The notes beneath the pieces are model-generated. The model made no database searches. It worked only from the letters and a program-made list of their open reading frames with translations, and was not told where the DNA came from. Below are positions 51,776 to 64,000 of a stretch of DNA of 64,000 bases, piece after piece (within the stretch, counting starts at the first letter, position 1; every line of letters starts with the position of its first letter). Source of the stretch: the human T2T-CHM13v2.0 reference genome, Homo sapiens; the NCBI RefSeq assembly GCF_009914755.1, contig NC_060941.1. One strand, 5' to 3'. A program made the position numbers and the translations under genes.

Positions 51776-54037
51776 GCCTATGAAGAAATACATCACATAG
51801 GGTATTATAGAGATTCAGTTGTAGGGGATTAACAAAGAGACTGCTTAGTTGAGTGAGTAAACTCTTTAGCTCCTTTTTTGATCTATTTAATTTTAGGTGG
51901 TTTCATTTATAAAGACCCTGGGTAAGGAGCATACTCCAAACACTTGGTGTTATCCTCCCAACAGTCATAATAGTAGTCTCCCTGGTGCACTGTATTCTCT
52001 CAAAAGTTTTAAATGTTTGCATGCAGCCATCTCTGTCATGTCAAATGGTCTCTCTTCAACTGGAATGACAAGAACTGAAAGAAATGTGTGGCCATGAAGG
52101 CACCATAACCTATGAATGACATGCTGAGACCAGAAACCCAAAATGATGGTAATTGAGAGTGGTGCTAAGGCCCTAAGTTTTGGTCACACTCTCACCTAAG
52201 GGGAGACTTTTAAAACAAAATTATGGGAGGCCATTGTTCAGGACTGAGCACATGCATTAGGCCCCAACAGATCAGACCAAACCAAAATGGAGCTGCTGGT
52301 GCTAAATGTCACATCAAACTAAGACTTTAAGAAAACATACATCCTAGAACAGACCAGGTTTTTTTTTTCTCCTGTAAACAGGACATCTCAGCATAAAGAG
52401 GTCCCCTCTACACTAACCCTTACAAAAAACGAAATAAAATAAATGAACTGAAGTCCTTGTCCCCACCTTACAAACCCACTGTTCTGCTATTTCCCAGTGG
52501 GTTTCAAGACCAAATAAGTATATTTACAATAGTCATAATGACATCAGTGACTAAAGTTTTGGTCAGTCTCTCAAAATTAAGAAGATGACCAAAAGTGGGG
52601 AATTGTTTAATCAGGTTTAGCCTAAAGCTGCCTCCTTACATATTTTAAGTTCAGCCTAAAGGTTTCTCTGTACATAGTGAGCTATAATAATTGGAGGTGT
52701 AGGCACAACTGTAGCCTACACTTGTGCCAATCATCGAGTTTTGGCCAATGAAATGTAGCCAACTGTTCAAACCATGTGCAAATAAGGCAAACACCAAGCT
52801 GTAACCAATCCGGCTGTTTCTGTACCTCACTTCCATTTCCTGTACATTACTTTCCATTTTCTGTCCATAAATCTTCCACCATGTGGCTGCGATGGACTCT
52901 CTGAGTATACTTTGGCTCAGAAGGCTGCCCCATTGGTGAATAGTTCAATGCTTAATTAAATTCCTTTAAATTTAATTCAGCTGAAGGTTTTCTTTTATCA
53001 CTATGTATATCAAAACATCAAATTATGTTGTTATAAAGCTATTATTTTAAAATACAAAGTAAAAATACAGTAAGTACTTTTCACAGGAAATTGTAGAACA
53101 AAAAATCCCAGACTTTCTCTACAGAAGTGGCCCATCTGGCCTGTGCACTAACCTGGGGGACCTTGACCAACCAGCAATGCCACTGCCTCCCACTCTGCCT
53201 GTGAACCTCTGCAAGATAAGAATGCTACTTCTGCTTGGAGTTGAGACACATGTTTTCCACTCTTGGCCAGAACTGAGGATGAGAGTGTTTCTCTTTAGCA
53301 ACAGTCCTTAGGCAGAGACAGGAAGGGTTTGACTTTGTGGATTGGCCTCACAAGTGTGTTTTTTTGGCCTCTGGTTTATGCTGAGAATTTTTATCCACAG
53401 GTGGATGCTTGTATTGGTTTTCGCTTGGGAGTATTCGTCTGAGAAATCACTGCTGCAAAACTGGGATAGTCTGGCTCAGGAAAATCAAGCTTTCCAGCCA
53501 AGCAAGCCTCTTAGGCTGGGATTGCAGAGAGTGAACATCCTTTTTCACCTAGACTTAGGGAACTAAGTCTCAAAGATGCAGAAACAGCAATGAAAGCAGC
53601 CATATCGGTTGGTTGGCAAGAATAAGGAACATTATTTCCCCCCGATTCCAAGAAGAATGGATGGAACACAAAGAAACCAGGGGTCCCTGCTGGGGTCTCA
53701 TGCTTCCTGGGGACATCACCTCCCTCTCTAAAAGGCTGAAGCCATCACACTTAAGTTTTCAACTTCCCTCTTCCCTCTCCATTTCAGAGCCTTTTTGTAG
53801 CTTCATCACTCTTCCTTCCTTAAATCATCTTTATCTTTCTGGTCTCTGAGAAGCAAGTGGCCTGTGTCATGGGCAACTTTCTTAAGTAGATTTCCTCTCA
53901 TCGACATGATCATCTCTCTTCTCTGTACATTTTCAAGACTTGTATATCCCCCAAAAAGTAAAAACCCACCTTCAAGACTGCTACCCTGCGGGTCAAGCCC
54001 TCCTACCCTTCTCAGACTCTCTTGTGAATGACAGCTG

Positions 54038-54540
54038 GTGATAATACAAAATAAATATTTGGTTTCTGTCCCCAGTTCCTGACACTCAGCTCCCCAAACC
54101 CACAGACTTTCCAGAGTGATGAATGTATTTTGTTCCTTTGTAAGCAAATTAGATGATTGTTGGCTTGGGGTCCCTACTAGCTCCAAGACAGGGCTGGTGG
54201 CCAGGAAGGCCAAGACATTATTAGAATGTTGGAACTTTGAGTCCTACCCCTTAACCATCCGGGAGGGAAGAGGGGCCGGAAACTGAGTTAATCATCAATG
54301 GCCAATTATTTAATTATGTCATAAAATTCCTAAATGGTGGGGTTTGGAGAGCTTTCAGGTTGGTGAACACATCAAGGTGCTGGGAGGATGGTGTGCTCAG
54401 AGAGGGCAGGGAAACTCTGCACCCCTCCCCTCATACCTTACATCTCCTTGCCTTCCATCTATTTGGTTATTCCTGAGTGGTATCCTTTATAATAAACTGC
54501 TAATAGTAAGTAAAGCACTTATTTAAGCTCTGTGAGCTGT
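54038..54540 (+). mobile_element. MER21-family LTR (MER21C-like), partial
   Basis: TTTGGTTTCTGTCCCCAGTTCCTGACAC...GGGCTGGTGGCCAG...ACTGAGTTAATCATCAATGGCCAAT...GGTTGGTGAACACATC...TATCCTTTATAATAAACT. Confidence 0.8.
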
Positions 54541-54719
54541 TTGTCTCCAAATACTGATCAACCTTTAAGGAGAAACCAATCTTATTCACTCTGCTATGTT
54601 GCCATCACATAACAGAGATTTTGGAGGAAATTATAAAGATGATTTTTATTGAAATCATCTCTCAAATTGGTGTGCTCTATTTATTATCAACTCAACTCCC
54701 CCATTTAAAAAAAAATCAT

Positions 54720-55333
54720 CATTCACTCACTTATCTTCTCTCCAGCCATCACCCTTTTGTTCTCCTCTTCTTTCTATTCCAACTTCTCATAATGTTGCCT
54801 ACTTTCTATCTCCAGCTCCTAATTTTTCAAGCCATTCTCAATGGCTTCTGTCCCCGCCACTTCCTAAAACAGCCCTTCCTAAGGTCATCAAAAAACTATT
54901 TGTCACTATAAGCAATAAACTTTTTTTAATCCTCAATTTTACTTAATTTCTCATTGGTATTTGATAATGTTAATCACTTCTTTCTTCTTTCTTCTTGAAA
55001 TGCTGTTTTCACTTCCTGGATATCCCTCTGGTTCCCTGGTTCTTCTCTGGCTCCATTGCAGGATCATGCTCCTTTATTCAACCAATATTTGTTGGATTTC
55101 TTCAAGACTGGTTCTAGGTCTTCTTTACTCACTGTATCCTCTATTCCAAAGCACCATCAGCCATGCCTCTGGCTTCTATTATCACCTGTTAGTAGATGAC
55201 TAACACATTTACATCTTTAGCCTAGACCTGTCCTCCGAGTTCCAGTCCATTATTTTCATTTACCTGCTGGATCTACCCTCATGGACATCTCAAAATCTCC
55301 TGAGGCTCAATATAAGCAAAAGCGAACTCATTG
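54720..55333 (+). mobile_element. L2 LINE fragment
   Basis: TGGCTTCTGTCCCC.CCAC...AAGGTCATCA...CCTAGACCTGTCCTCCGAGTTCCAG...GAACTCATT. Confidence 0.7.
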
Positions 55334-55334
55334 C

Positions 55335-55650
55335 TGTGTCAGTCAACATCTTGGCAGGAAGAAATTGCACCTCCTATTGAAAATAAGAATTTGACAAAAA
55401 AATGTTAATAAAAGGACTTTTTGCCAAGGTGTGGACATGGTTAAAATAAACCAACAACGAACAGTAAGCTGGTGAAATAAATACTCTGATATCACCCTCT
55501 CTGCCCCGTGACCTCCTGACCATTGGCAAAACCAAGCCAGACACTAGAAAATATGGAAGCTTGTTGAGGCATAGAGGTCAGCCTTCTAGGGCTCAGATCA
55601 GGGTGGAAAGGGAATGGAACTAAAGGGACAAATGAACAATATTCAGCATG
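55335..55650 (-). mobile_element. LTR33-like ERVL LTR, deleted
   Basis: CCATTGGC...AGAGGTCAGCCTTCTAGGGCTCAGATCAGGGTGGA...GGGACAAATG...TATTCAGCA. Confidence 0.55.
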
Positions 55651-55655
55651 ATGAT

Positions 55656-56083
55656 TGTGTTAGTCCCGTTTGCATTGCTATAAAGGAATACCTGATGGAT
55701 AATTTATAAAGAGAGGTTTATTTTGCTCACAATTCTGCAGAGTGTACAAGAAGCATGGCACCAACATCTGCTTCTGGTGAGGCCTCAGGAAGCTTTTACT
55801 CATGGCAGAAGACAAAGGGGAGCCAGTGTGTCACATGGCGAGAGAAGATCACATCGTGAGAGAGGGTGCAAGAGAGAGGCCATCTTCTTTTAAAACAATT
55901 AGCTCTTGCATGAACTAATAGAACAAAAATACACTCATTACCATGGGGAAGGCACGAAGCTATTCATGAGGGATCTGATCCCATGACCCAAACACCTCCT
56001 ACTACCCACTAGGCCCCATTTCCAACATCAGGGCTTACATTTCAACATGAGATTTGGAGGGGACAAACAACCAAACCATATCA
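55656..56083 (-). mobile_element. MSTB-like MaLR solo LTR
   Basis: TGTGTTAGTCC...TTGCATTGCTATAAAGGAATACCTGA...CATGAGATTTGGAGGGGACAAACA..CAAACCATATCA; TSD ATGAT / AGGAT. Confidence 0.88.
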
Positions 56084-57419
56084 AGGATCTTCCAATCAAA
56101 ACAAGTTTTCTTGCATCATTCCCTACTTGGGGAATGGTACCACCATCATCCAGCCAATCAAACCAGAAACGTAGAATTTTCTTAATGTTTGTTCTGCCTT
56201 TTCCTGCAGACCCATGCCATCGAATGTCCTAGCAGAACTCCTCAGAACAATCTGGCTTAAACTATTTCGACACAACCTGCTTCAGATTTACACATACCTC
56301 TCATTCATAGCTCGCGTTACAATTGTAAGTTATGTTGCATATAGGATTACTTTACTAGCATCTTGCCTTCCCTCTAACCTATAAAATTCATGTTGGCAGA
56401 GACTATGATTATTTTTGTTCACCATGATGTCTCCAGTCTCTTGCCACAGTCCCTGGCATGGAGTAGGCACCGAATAATATTTGTTATTTGAGAACATGTT
56501 AGAGCTTGTGGGGATATATAGATCACACAGTCACATTCTATCATGAGGGGAGAGCAGGAATCATACCGTCAGAAGAGAAGGTTAAGCAACTTGTCCAAGA
56601 ATTCAAAGTAAATTATTATTTTTTAGTGGTAGATTTACTATTAACCAAGTGTTGGATCCTAAGAGTTTTACAAATGTATCGGGAGTAACTCTCAATGCAC
56701 AAACTCAGACATATGGGAAATACCTATTACTATATTTTCTTTAAGTCCAATAAAATATAACTTTGAACCTGCTAAGTAGGCTGCAAGAAAATTCAGTTAT
56801 TTCAGGTTCCTTCCCTGGTCTAAGAATTGCAACAGAATCAAGAAGGTTTGTGCAATATCTAGCAATGATAGGAAGGGCTTCTCGTCTCCAGTTAGTTGTA
56901 ACCCTGCTGAAATCATAATGAGTCTATAGTGATGTGTTGAGATTAGAGGCTCACTGCTGCAATACTATCTGTAGGTTTAGTGCAGGAATCTGCATCTCGG
57001 CTGAAAGCCTCAGAACCCAGAGTCCAGCTTACCTGAGCATCCTGAAAAGAACTCCCATTACTTCCCACTGTCGAGACTTTAGAAGAAACTCTGTGGGTAT
57101 GTGCTCTTACCCCACTCTGGCTTCGGTCCTCTCTTTTTATTGTAAAAACAAACTGATAATCTCTCCCTCCCTCCCACTTTCCCTCTCTCCTGGTATCCCT
57201 CAAAAAGGATTCCTTAATGGACTTTCATCAATAAGCTCAGGATTTAGTAAAGCAGAAGCTGGGAAGGGAAGTGGTTTACAGGCAACTCCTGCTATAATTG
57301 AAATTCTTTTTCAAAGCAAAGAAACATAGAAGACCTGTTTACTTTGGTAGAATGGATGTGGGGGAGGAGAAAACCAACAGAAAACAAAACATAACTGTAT
57401 TTCTCAAAAAGTTTATTAC

Positions 57420-57600
57420 CACACTAATATCATTTCATTAAACTTCACAGCAAGCTTGTGAGCAGTTAATTAATACAGCCTCCAACTTTTAGATGAAAAA
57501 AAAAACTGAAACAAAGAAGCTTTGAATAACTTTCCCAAGGTAACTCAACCAGTAGGTGACCAAGAAAGATTTAAGTTCAAACTCTGACTTCCCTGGAGCT
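57420..57600 (-). mobile_element. MIR fragment
   Basis: TTTTAGATGA...AAACTGA...AATAACTTTCCCAAGGT. Confidence 0.6.
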
Positions 57601-58120
57601 TCTGTTCTGGCTCTGGGGAAATGAAGAGGAAGACAATAACTGGATAAGGCTCGACATCTATCATGACTTGACGGCATGAGCCAGGAAGCCTGTTATTAGA
57701 TGGAAAAAAAAAAACAGGCTTAATCGCTTGGAATACAGAATGTAAAATGGGATTTCCCTGGTGTAGAGAAAAGGACAATAGGAAGAAGTTGGTTTGAGAA
57801 GTAGAAAGTAAAAATCTGAATTATCAAAAGAAGAAATTTAGAAAGGAAGATGTCCTTGGACTCGAGGCTCTGACTTGGATTTTCCACCTGTGAGTCATTC
57901 AACTTGTTCCAAAGGCAAGACGTGTTTTTTTTTTTTAGCAATAGTTTTGAGTTGAGATTTTTTGTAATGAATTCCAAATGAAAACCCTTGTCCTCTTCGT
58001 GGGACAATCTCTTGTTTTAATGCCAAAGATTTACTGTTTGATGGAGAAAATGTTGTCAAAATACGGTTCCCATTCCATAGTCATCAGAAAACACATGGGA
58101 GGGATATATACACTTCCTGG

Positions 58121-58146
58121 ACACACACACACACACACACACACAC
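58121..58146 (+). repeat. (AC)13 microsatellite
   Basis: Seen directly. Confidence 0.97.
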
Positions 58147-58981
58147 AACACAGACACATGAATAACTTTCCTAAATAATTTGATGATACATTTGGAATTG
58201 ATCTCATGCATATTAAACCCTCTGAAAAGTCCATGTCTATGAAGTGAAGCTTTAAATAGTAAGCTTTGTTGCCTACAAAGGTCAAATACACCCTCTTGTG
58301 GTAAAATGGCATATTTTATTTCCAGATGATTTCTATCATAGAGCTCACAACATGGTAGTTTGAAGAATAATGAGTACTTGAGAGGAAACAATGAAACTTA
58401 TAATGCTTTTATGCTGTAATGTCAATGCCATTTTTAAAAAAATATTAATTCTATCTGTCTTATGGACTCCCATAAGCTCTAATTTTCAGATGAAAAAACT
58501 GAGGTTCCAAAAGCTTGTATAACTTGTCCAAGGCAAGCCAGCTAAGGAGTAGAACAGTGAAGTAAAACAAAGACATTGAATGTCCTCTCTATTACAACAA
58601 ACATACCATAATAAAATGGATCCAACTGATTCCCAAAAGTTATGAGAGTTAATTATGAGAGTTAAGGCTGAAAAACTAAGACTGCCTGAAGGTGAATGTA
58701 ATCTTGTAACAGATGCATGCGTAACAGATTGTATCAATGGTCTAACAGTTAACTGCCATAAGCAGGGGAAGGGGTCAGCTACCCAGGCGCGGGAGGACCT
58801 TTATTTTATTATTTGGCTTTCCACCCAATACTTGCTGTCCATCAGCCAATCACTTGTGAGTCCAATTCATCAATATGTTTTCAGTGTCTGATGTCTGCTA
58901 GGCTGTCCTAGGAACTAATGATATAGTAATCACCAAGACAGACAAGATCCCTGGCCTCACAGAGTTTATATTCAACCTGGG

Positions 58982-59563
58982 TATATTGGTTTTCTGTCAT
59001 TGTACAACAAATTATTCGAGTGTTAAAACAACACTCATTTATAGCATGCAGTCCCCAAGGTCAAAAGATGAGCTGGAGTCCCTGCTTAAGACCAAAATTA
59101 AGGTGTCTGCCAAGCACTGCTCCTACCAGGAGGCTCTTGGGGGAAGAATCTGCTTCCAAGTTCATTCAGGTGGTTGGCAGAATTTAGCTCCTGGTAGTTG
59201 TAGGACTCCTCAGTTCCCCAGTCGCATGTTGTCTGTCTGTCGGGGCCTCTCTCAGCTCCTTCAGGCTACTCGCATTCCTCATCCCATAGTTCCTCCCTCT
59301 TCAAACCAGCAATGACACATCCGTTCCTCTCATGATTTGACTTCCTCTAACTTCCTCTTCTCGACCAGCTGGAGAAAATCCTCTGCTTTTAAAGGGCTCC
59401 TGTGATTCTGTAAGACCCACCTGGATCATCTCTTTTTTTGCCCTATAATATAATCATGGGAATGATATCTAAGCATATTCCCAGCTTTCACCCACACTCA
59501 AAGGGAAGGGGAGCATACACTGGTGAAGGTCACTGACAGTCATTCTTAGAAATCTGCCTCTCA
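58982..59563 (-). mobile_element. MLT1E-like MaLR LTR
   Basis: GGAGGCTCTTGGGGAAGAATCTGCTTCCAAG...GTTGGCAGAATT...CTCTGCTTTTAAAGGGCTC.TGTGATT...TTAGAAATCTGCCT. Confidence 0.75.
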
Positions 59564-59930
59564 CAATGGGCAAGACAGTCATGAAAACAAAAGCATAATT
59601 TTTGGTTCTGAAGCCTAAGAAAGGAAATAGGCTGCTATAATAGAGAGAGCTGAATAGTGAGAATGAGCTAGCTGCACAGAAGGAAGAGTGTTCCAGACCA
59701 AGAGAAGATCCTGAGATGAAATAAAATTTGGGATGTTCTGGGAATGGAGAGAGTTCAGCAAGGGAGAGAGTGGTGCAAGATAAGGTTGGAGAGTTGTGTC
59801 CAAACAAGCTAGTGTGGAGATTTGCAGACCTTGGTAAGGAGCTGGGATTTTATTTTTAACACACTTAAAAGTCAATGAAGCATTTAAAACTCAGGAAGAG
59901 TATGAACTGATTTGTATTTTTAAAAGATAA

Positions 59931-60219
59931 TTTTTTTTTTGAGACAGAGTCTCGCTCTGTTGCCCAGGCTGGAGTGCAGTGGCGTGATCTTGACTCACTG
60001 CAACCCCCGCCTCCCAGATTCAAGCAATTCTCTGCCTCAGCCTCCCAAGTAGCTGGGATTACAGGCATCCACCAGCATGTCTGACTAATTTTTGTATTTT
60101 TAGCAGAGACGAGGTTTCACCATCTCGTCCAGGCTGATCTTGAACTCCTGACCTCGTGATCCACCCACCTCAGCCTCCCGAAGTCCTGGGATTACAGGTG
60201 TGAGGCAGTGCACCCAGCC
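59931..60219 (-). mobile_element. AluS inserted in an L2 relic (~59600-60420)
   Basis: Reverse Alu; TSD AAGA(T/C)AATTT. Confidence 0.95.
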
Positions 60220-61861
60220 AAGACAATTTTAGATGCTGGGTGGGAAGGGGATTATAAGGGAAGAGAAGTAGAATCATGGTAAGAAGTTGGGGTACTTGGT
60301 GGATCCAGGACAGAGATGATGGGGCTGGGGCTATTGTGGAGGCAACAGAGAGGGTGTAAGGAGGGCTCTTCCAAAGATACATTTGAGAGCTTTGACTGAC
60401 AGGACTTCCTGGTAGACTGTTCATTTCTTTGTTATATATCATCACCTAGAATTGAGATTTTACACATTTTAATAAAAACAAATGTAATGTCATTTGCAGC
60501 AAATATGTTTATGCACCTGGGAAGAGCAAGAGACTTGACTGCAACCCCAGGAGGAGTGAACAGAGGTGTCAGGGGTTGGGGAGCAGCACTCAGTGCAGAG
60601 GAGACCCCATCAGGATGTGTCGGAGAAAGAACGCAGCCCGCCAGCCTCAGGCTTCCAAAGCAGGTATTCTGGAAGGCCAGTCAGCAGGAAGGTGAAACTC
60701 CCCACCCCGGGCAGACTCCTTCAAACAGAAGGTCTCTCTTAGCCCACAGGGGACCACAGGATCTAACCTAGCAAAGGAGATTTCGATATAAAATTTCCTT
60801 TCCTGTTGGTCTGTCCTCAAAGATTTCACAAAGATTCACATAAATGCTTAGGGAATCTATGAACAAAATCTCAGGATTGTGTAGGCAAAGACCTACATCT
60901 CTAAGAGTGAATGGTGTAAATGAAGACCCATATGAGGAATCGAAGCAAATTACTTTCTTCAAAGTAGCCTCAGTGCAACTAACTCACACAGAGAAAACTT
61001 TTTGAAGAACTTTATATTCTCAAAGATGTTTAAGAAAATGTTACTTCATTTCAAAAAAAATAAAGCACAGGCCATCATAAAATAGAACAGGCATTCACTC
61101 CTACCCTTCATTATGTTATATATATAAAATGTATAACATGTACAAATGCACACACATACATACACACATCAATGTGGAGCCTTCTGTCCTTTCTACAGTC
61201 TGGAATCATTCAAATAAATATAGGCATTATCCATTGTATTATATTGAACTCAGCTGTAAAACCATTTGAGTCTATTTCCTTTTTTAAAATACCAGCTCTG
61301 TAATTATCATTTTAGTCCTTTCTGTGTCTGTCCTGGTTTCTTAACTCTTCCTGGATCCATTTCAGAAGTGAATATTTTAATAGGAGCCCTTCTGTGCCCT
61401 CAAGATCTTAAAATATATTGCCACATCGTTGCACATAATAGTCTCTAATATTTCTTTAAATCTCTTCCATATTTATACCTCCCTTCTTGTTACTAACATG
61501 GCATGGTGTTGCTTGTTTGCTTTTTATTTCACCAGAATCAGCAGAGAAAAAACTATTTTATTAGCCCTTTGAAGTAACAACTTTTGGTTGTATTTATCTC
61601 TTCAACTCTTCCTTCATTTTCTAGTGAATCAATATAAGCTGTTTATCCTCCCTAATACCCACCTCTTGCTTTCCTTTGTTTTATTTTGGATTTTTTTTTT
61701 TAATTTGTAAGATTATATACTTTCTTCATTAGCTCGGTGTCTTTATTTAAACTTAAACATAATGTCATGTAAAACTATACAATTTTCTATGTATTTTAGT
61801 CATGACCCACAGGTTTTGCTAATGAAATATTTTATTTTTATTCTTTTTGAGAAAACCTGTT

Positions 61862-62190
<329 letters not shown>

Positions 62191-63174
62191 TTAGGGGTTA
62201 TTTGTGAGAGTGTGTTTTTAATTTATGCAAAAATCGCTTTTGGTCCATTTTGGTTTCATTGTTCATTTCTAGTTTTATTGAATTATGATAAAAGAATGCA
62301 GTCTATAAACTTTGCACTTTTGGTAAATCATTAAAGTTTTCTTTCGGTCAAGTACATCATTGAACTTTTATAAGTGTTCCATAAGCATAAGAAAAAAAAT
62401 AACCTTTTTTTGTCATAGAAAGACATGTTGTCTCTATCAGTGTGTTTCTGCAAGCATGTGTGCACTGAATAACCTAATTTTAATTGTATATTACTTTATA
62501 GCTTGGGTTGTTCAAACACTAGATAAATCTACTTATATTTTGCTATTTAATTTGTCCAGTTTGAAAGGAGTACAATAAAATTTCCATTTGCAAATGTCCA
62601 AATTTCCATTTTTCATCTGGAAATTTGCAATTTCCAAAATGCAATTATAATAAGAAATAATTGCATATTTAAATAAATCTCTCTTTGGATTTTTAGTAGG
62701 TCTTCAGACATTATAATATTTAATAAATGGTGCTGGCACGATTTGCTCTCCATTCTAGACAAAAACAAAGCCAGACTCAGCCCATATGCAGCAATTAATT
62801 GCATATGAATTAAATATGTAAATGTAAAAATAAAAGCACTAGAAGAAGTCTCAGAAGAATTTAGCTCTAGCGATCTTTCCAAGCAAGCCTACAGAAGTCA
62901 AGAATCCATAAAGACACTTTCTGCCACATAAAATTATTAACTATTTATATGACAAAAAGTTGCAAAGTCGAAAGGCAAATGTCAATGGGTATAATGGCAA
63001 AGGTTTCCAGAAAAAATCCCCTTGTGAGCCTAGGCCCTTCCTTTATAGCCCATATTGCAATGAGACTTTCTCTCCTTCATCACATTTAATTGTTTGGAAA
63101 CAATTTGAATTGTTTCTTAAATTAGTTGAAACTTGTAAGACTTACATATATATATATATAGCAGGCTTGTATAC

Positions 63175-63663
63175 CAGCAGTCCCCAACCTTCTTGGCCCC
63201 AGGGACTGGTTTCATGGAAGATAATTCTTCCATGAACTTGCGGCCAGTAGGGGGATAGTTTGGGGATGATTCGAGCACATTACATTTATTATGCACTTTA
63301 TTTCTATTATTATTACATTGTAATATATAACAACATAATTATATAACTCATCATAATGTAGAATCAGTGGGAGGCCTGAGCTTGTTTTCCTACAACTAGG
63401 TGGTCCCATCTGGGGGTGATGGGAGACAGTGACAAATCATCAGGCATTAGATTCTTATAAGCATACAACCAAGATCCCTTGCATGCACAGTTCACAATGG
63501 GGTTCGCACTCCTATGAGAATCTAGTGGCACCACTGATGTGACACTAGGCGGAGCTCAGGCAGTAATGCTCACTTGTCCACCACTCACCTCGCACTGTGC
63601 AGCTCAGTACCTAACAGGTCACAGACCAGTACCAGTCCGCAGCCCGGGGATCGGGGACCCCTG
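63175..63663. mobile_element. MER1A hAT-Charlie MITE
   Basis: Terminal inverted repeats CAGCAGTCCCCAACC / ATCGGGGACCCCTG; perfect 8-bp TSD TTGTATAC at 63167-63174 and 63664-63671. Confidence 0.92.
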
Positions 63664-64000
63664 TTGTATACCTTGATTAGCAACAGTTTGTACTTATGTA
63701 TACATGTTGTGTTTGAAACTTAAGACAGGGGTTACCCTTTACCAGATCATTTCAAAGAACCAGTGGGTGAACTGGGCCTGGGCAGTCCTGCCTCTGAAGG
63801 CCCAGCAGTCTCCGAAGAATCCCATGCAACTTACAATTAGAAAAGCTAACAAAAGTCAGGGTCCCAGAGCCCATCTCAAGAGCTGAGAGGGACAACCTAA
63901 CACACACCAAGTTCTTGCTGATGACTTATGTACCAGCTGAGAATTGCTGGAATAATTAATAAGGGGGAATAAATAGATTCTTTGGAATATACAGACTCTG

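Larger units (their letters stand above)
47240..53000 (+). mobile_element. MER57A-type ERV1 provirus: 5' LTR 47240-47631, ~5-kb internal region, 3' LTR 52604-53000
   Basis: Two ~395-bp direct repeats (TG...CA) about 85% identical; purine tract AAAAGTGGGGAA before the 3' LTR; integrase and env remnants inside. Confidence 0.9.

Noticed and set aside
51510-52100. Domesticated syncytin-like env gene
   Set aside because: Multiple frameshifts and stops, with only short motifs remaining.

Overview
This is primate (human-like) genomic DNA, intergenic or deep-intronic and dominated by repeats. I found no protein-coding exon, structural RNA gene or CRISPR array. The ORFs in the track are Alu-, LTR- or low-complexity-derived, or have no recognisable homology. 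Content: about 15 Alu/FLAM SINEs, most with target-site duplications (TSDs); L1, L2 and MIR relics; MaLR LTRs (MLT1, MST); four ERV1 solo LTRs clustered at 33.8-36.3 kb; a two-LTR MER57A-type provirus (47240-53000) with decayed integrase and env remnants; hAT and mariner MITEs (MER5, MER53, MER63, MER1A, MADE1); and tandem repeats. The most unusual signal is three separate short, non-tandem local duplications (about 415, 290 and 106 bp; copies 1.2-2.5 kb apart). Two have 12-bp flanking duplications with junction microhomology, one of them also carrying a template-switched inverted piece; the third abuts a 13-bp hairpin. These look like fixed fossils of templated-insertion DNA repair. Regulatory candidates are a TAATCC-array minisatellite, tandem GAS motifs in a MER41-like LTR, and a G4/i-motif tract between head-to-head LTRs. 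Repeat subfamily names come from remembered consensus sequences and need RepeatMasker/Dfam confirmation. Identities were counted by eye. I cannot support a claim of a wholly new biological system.
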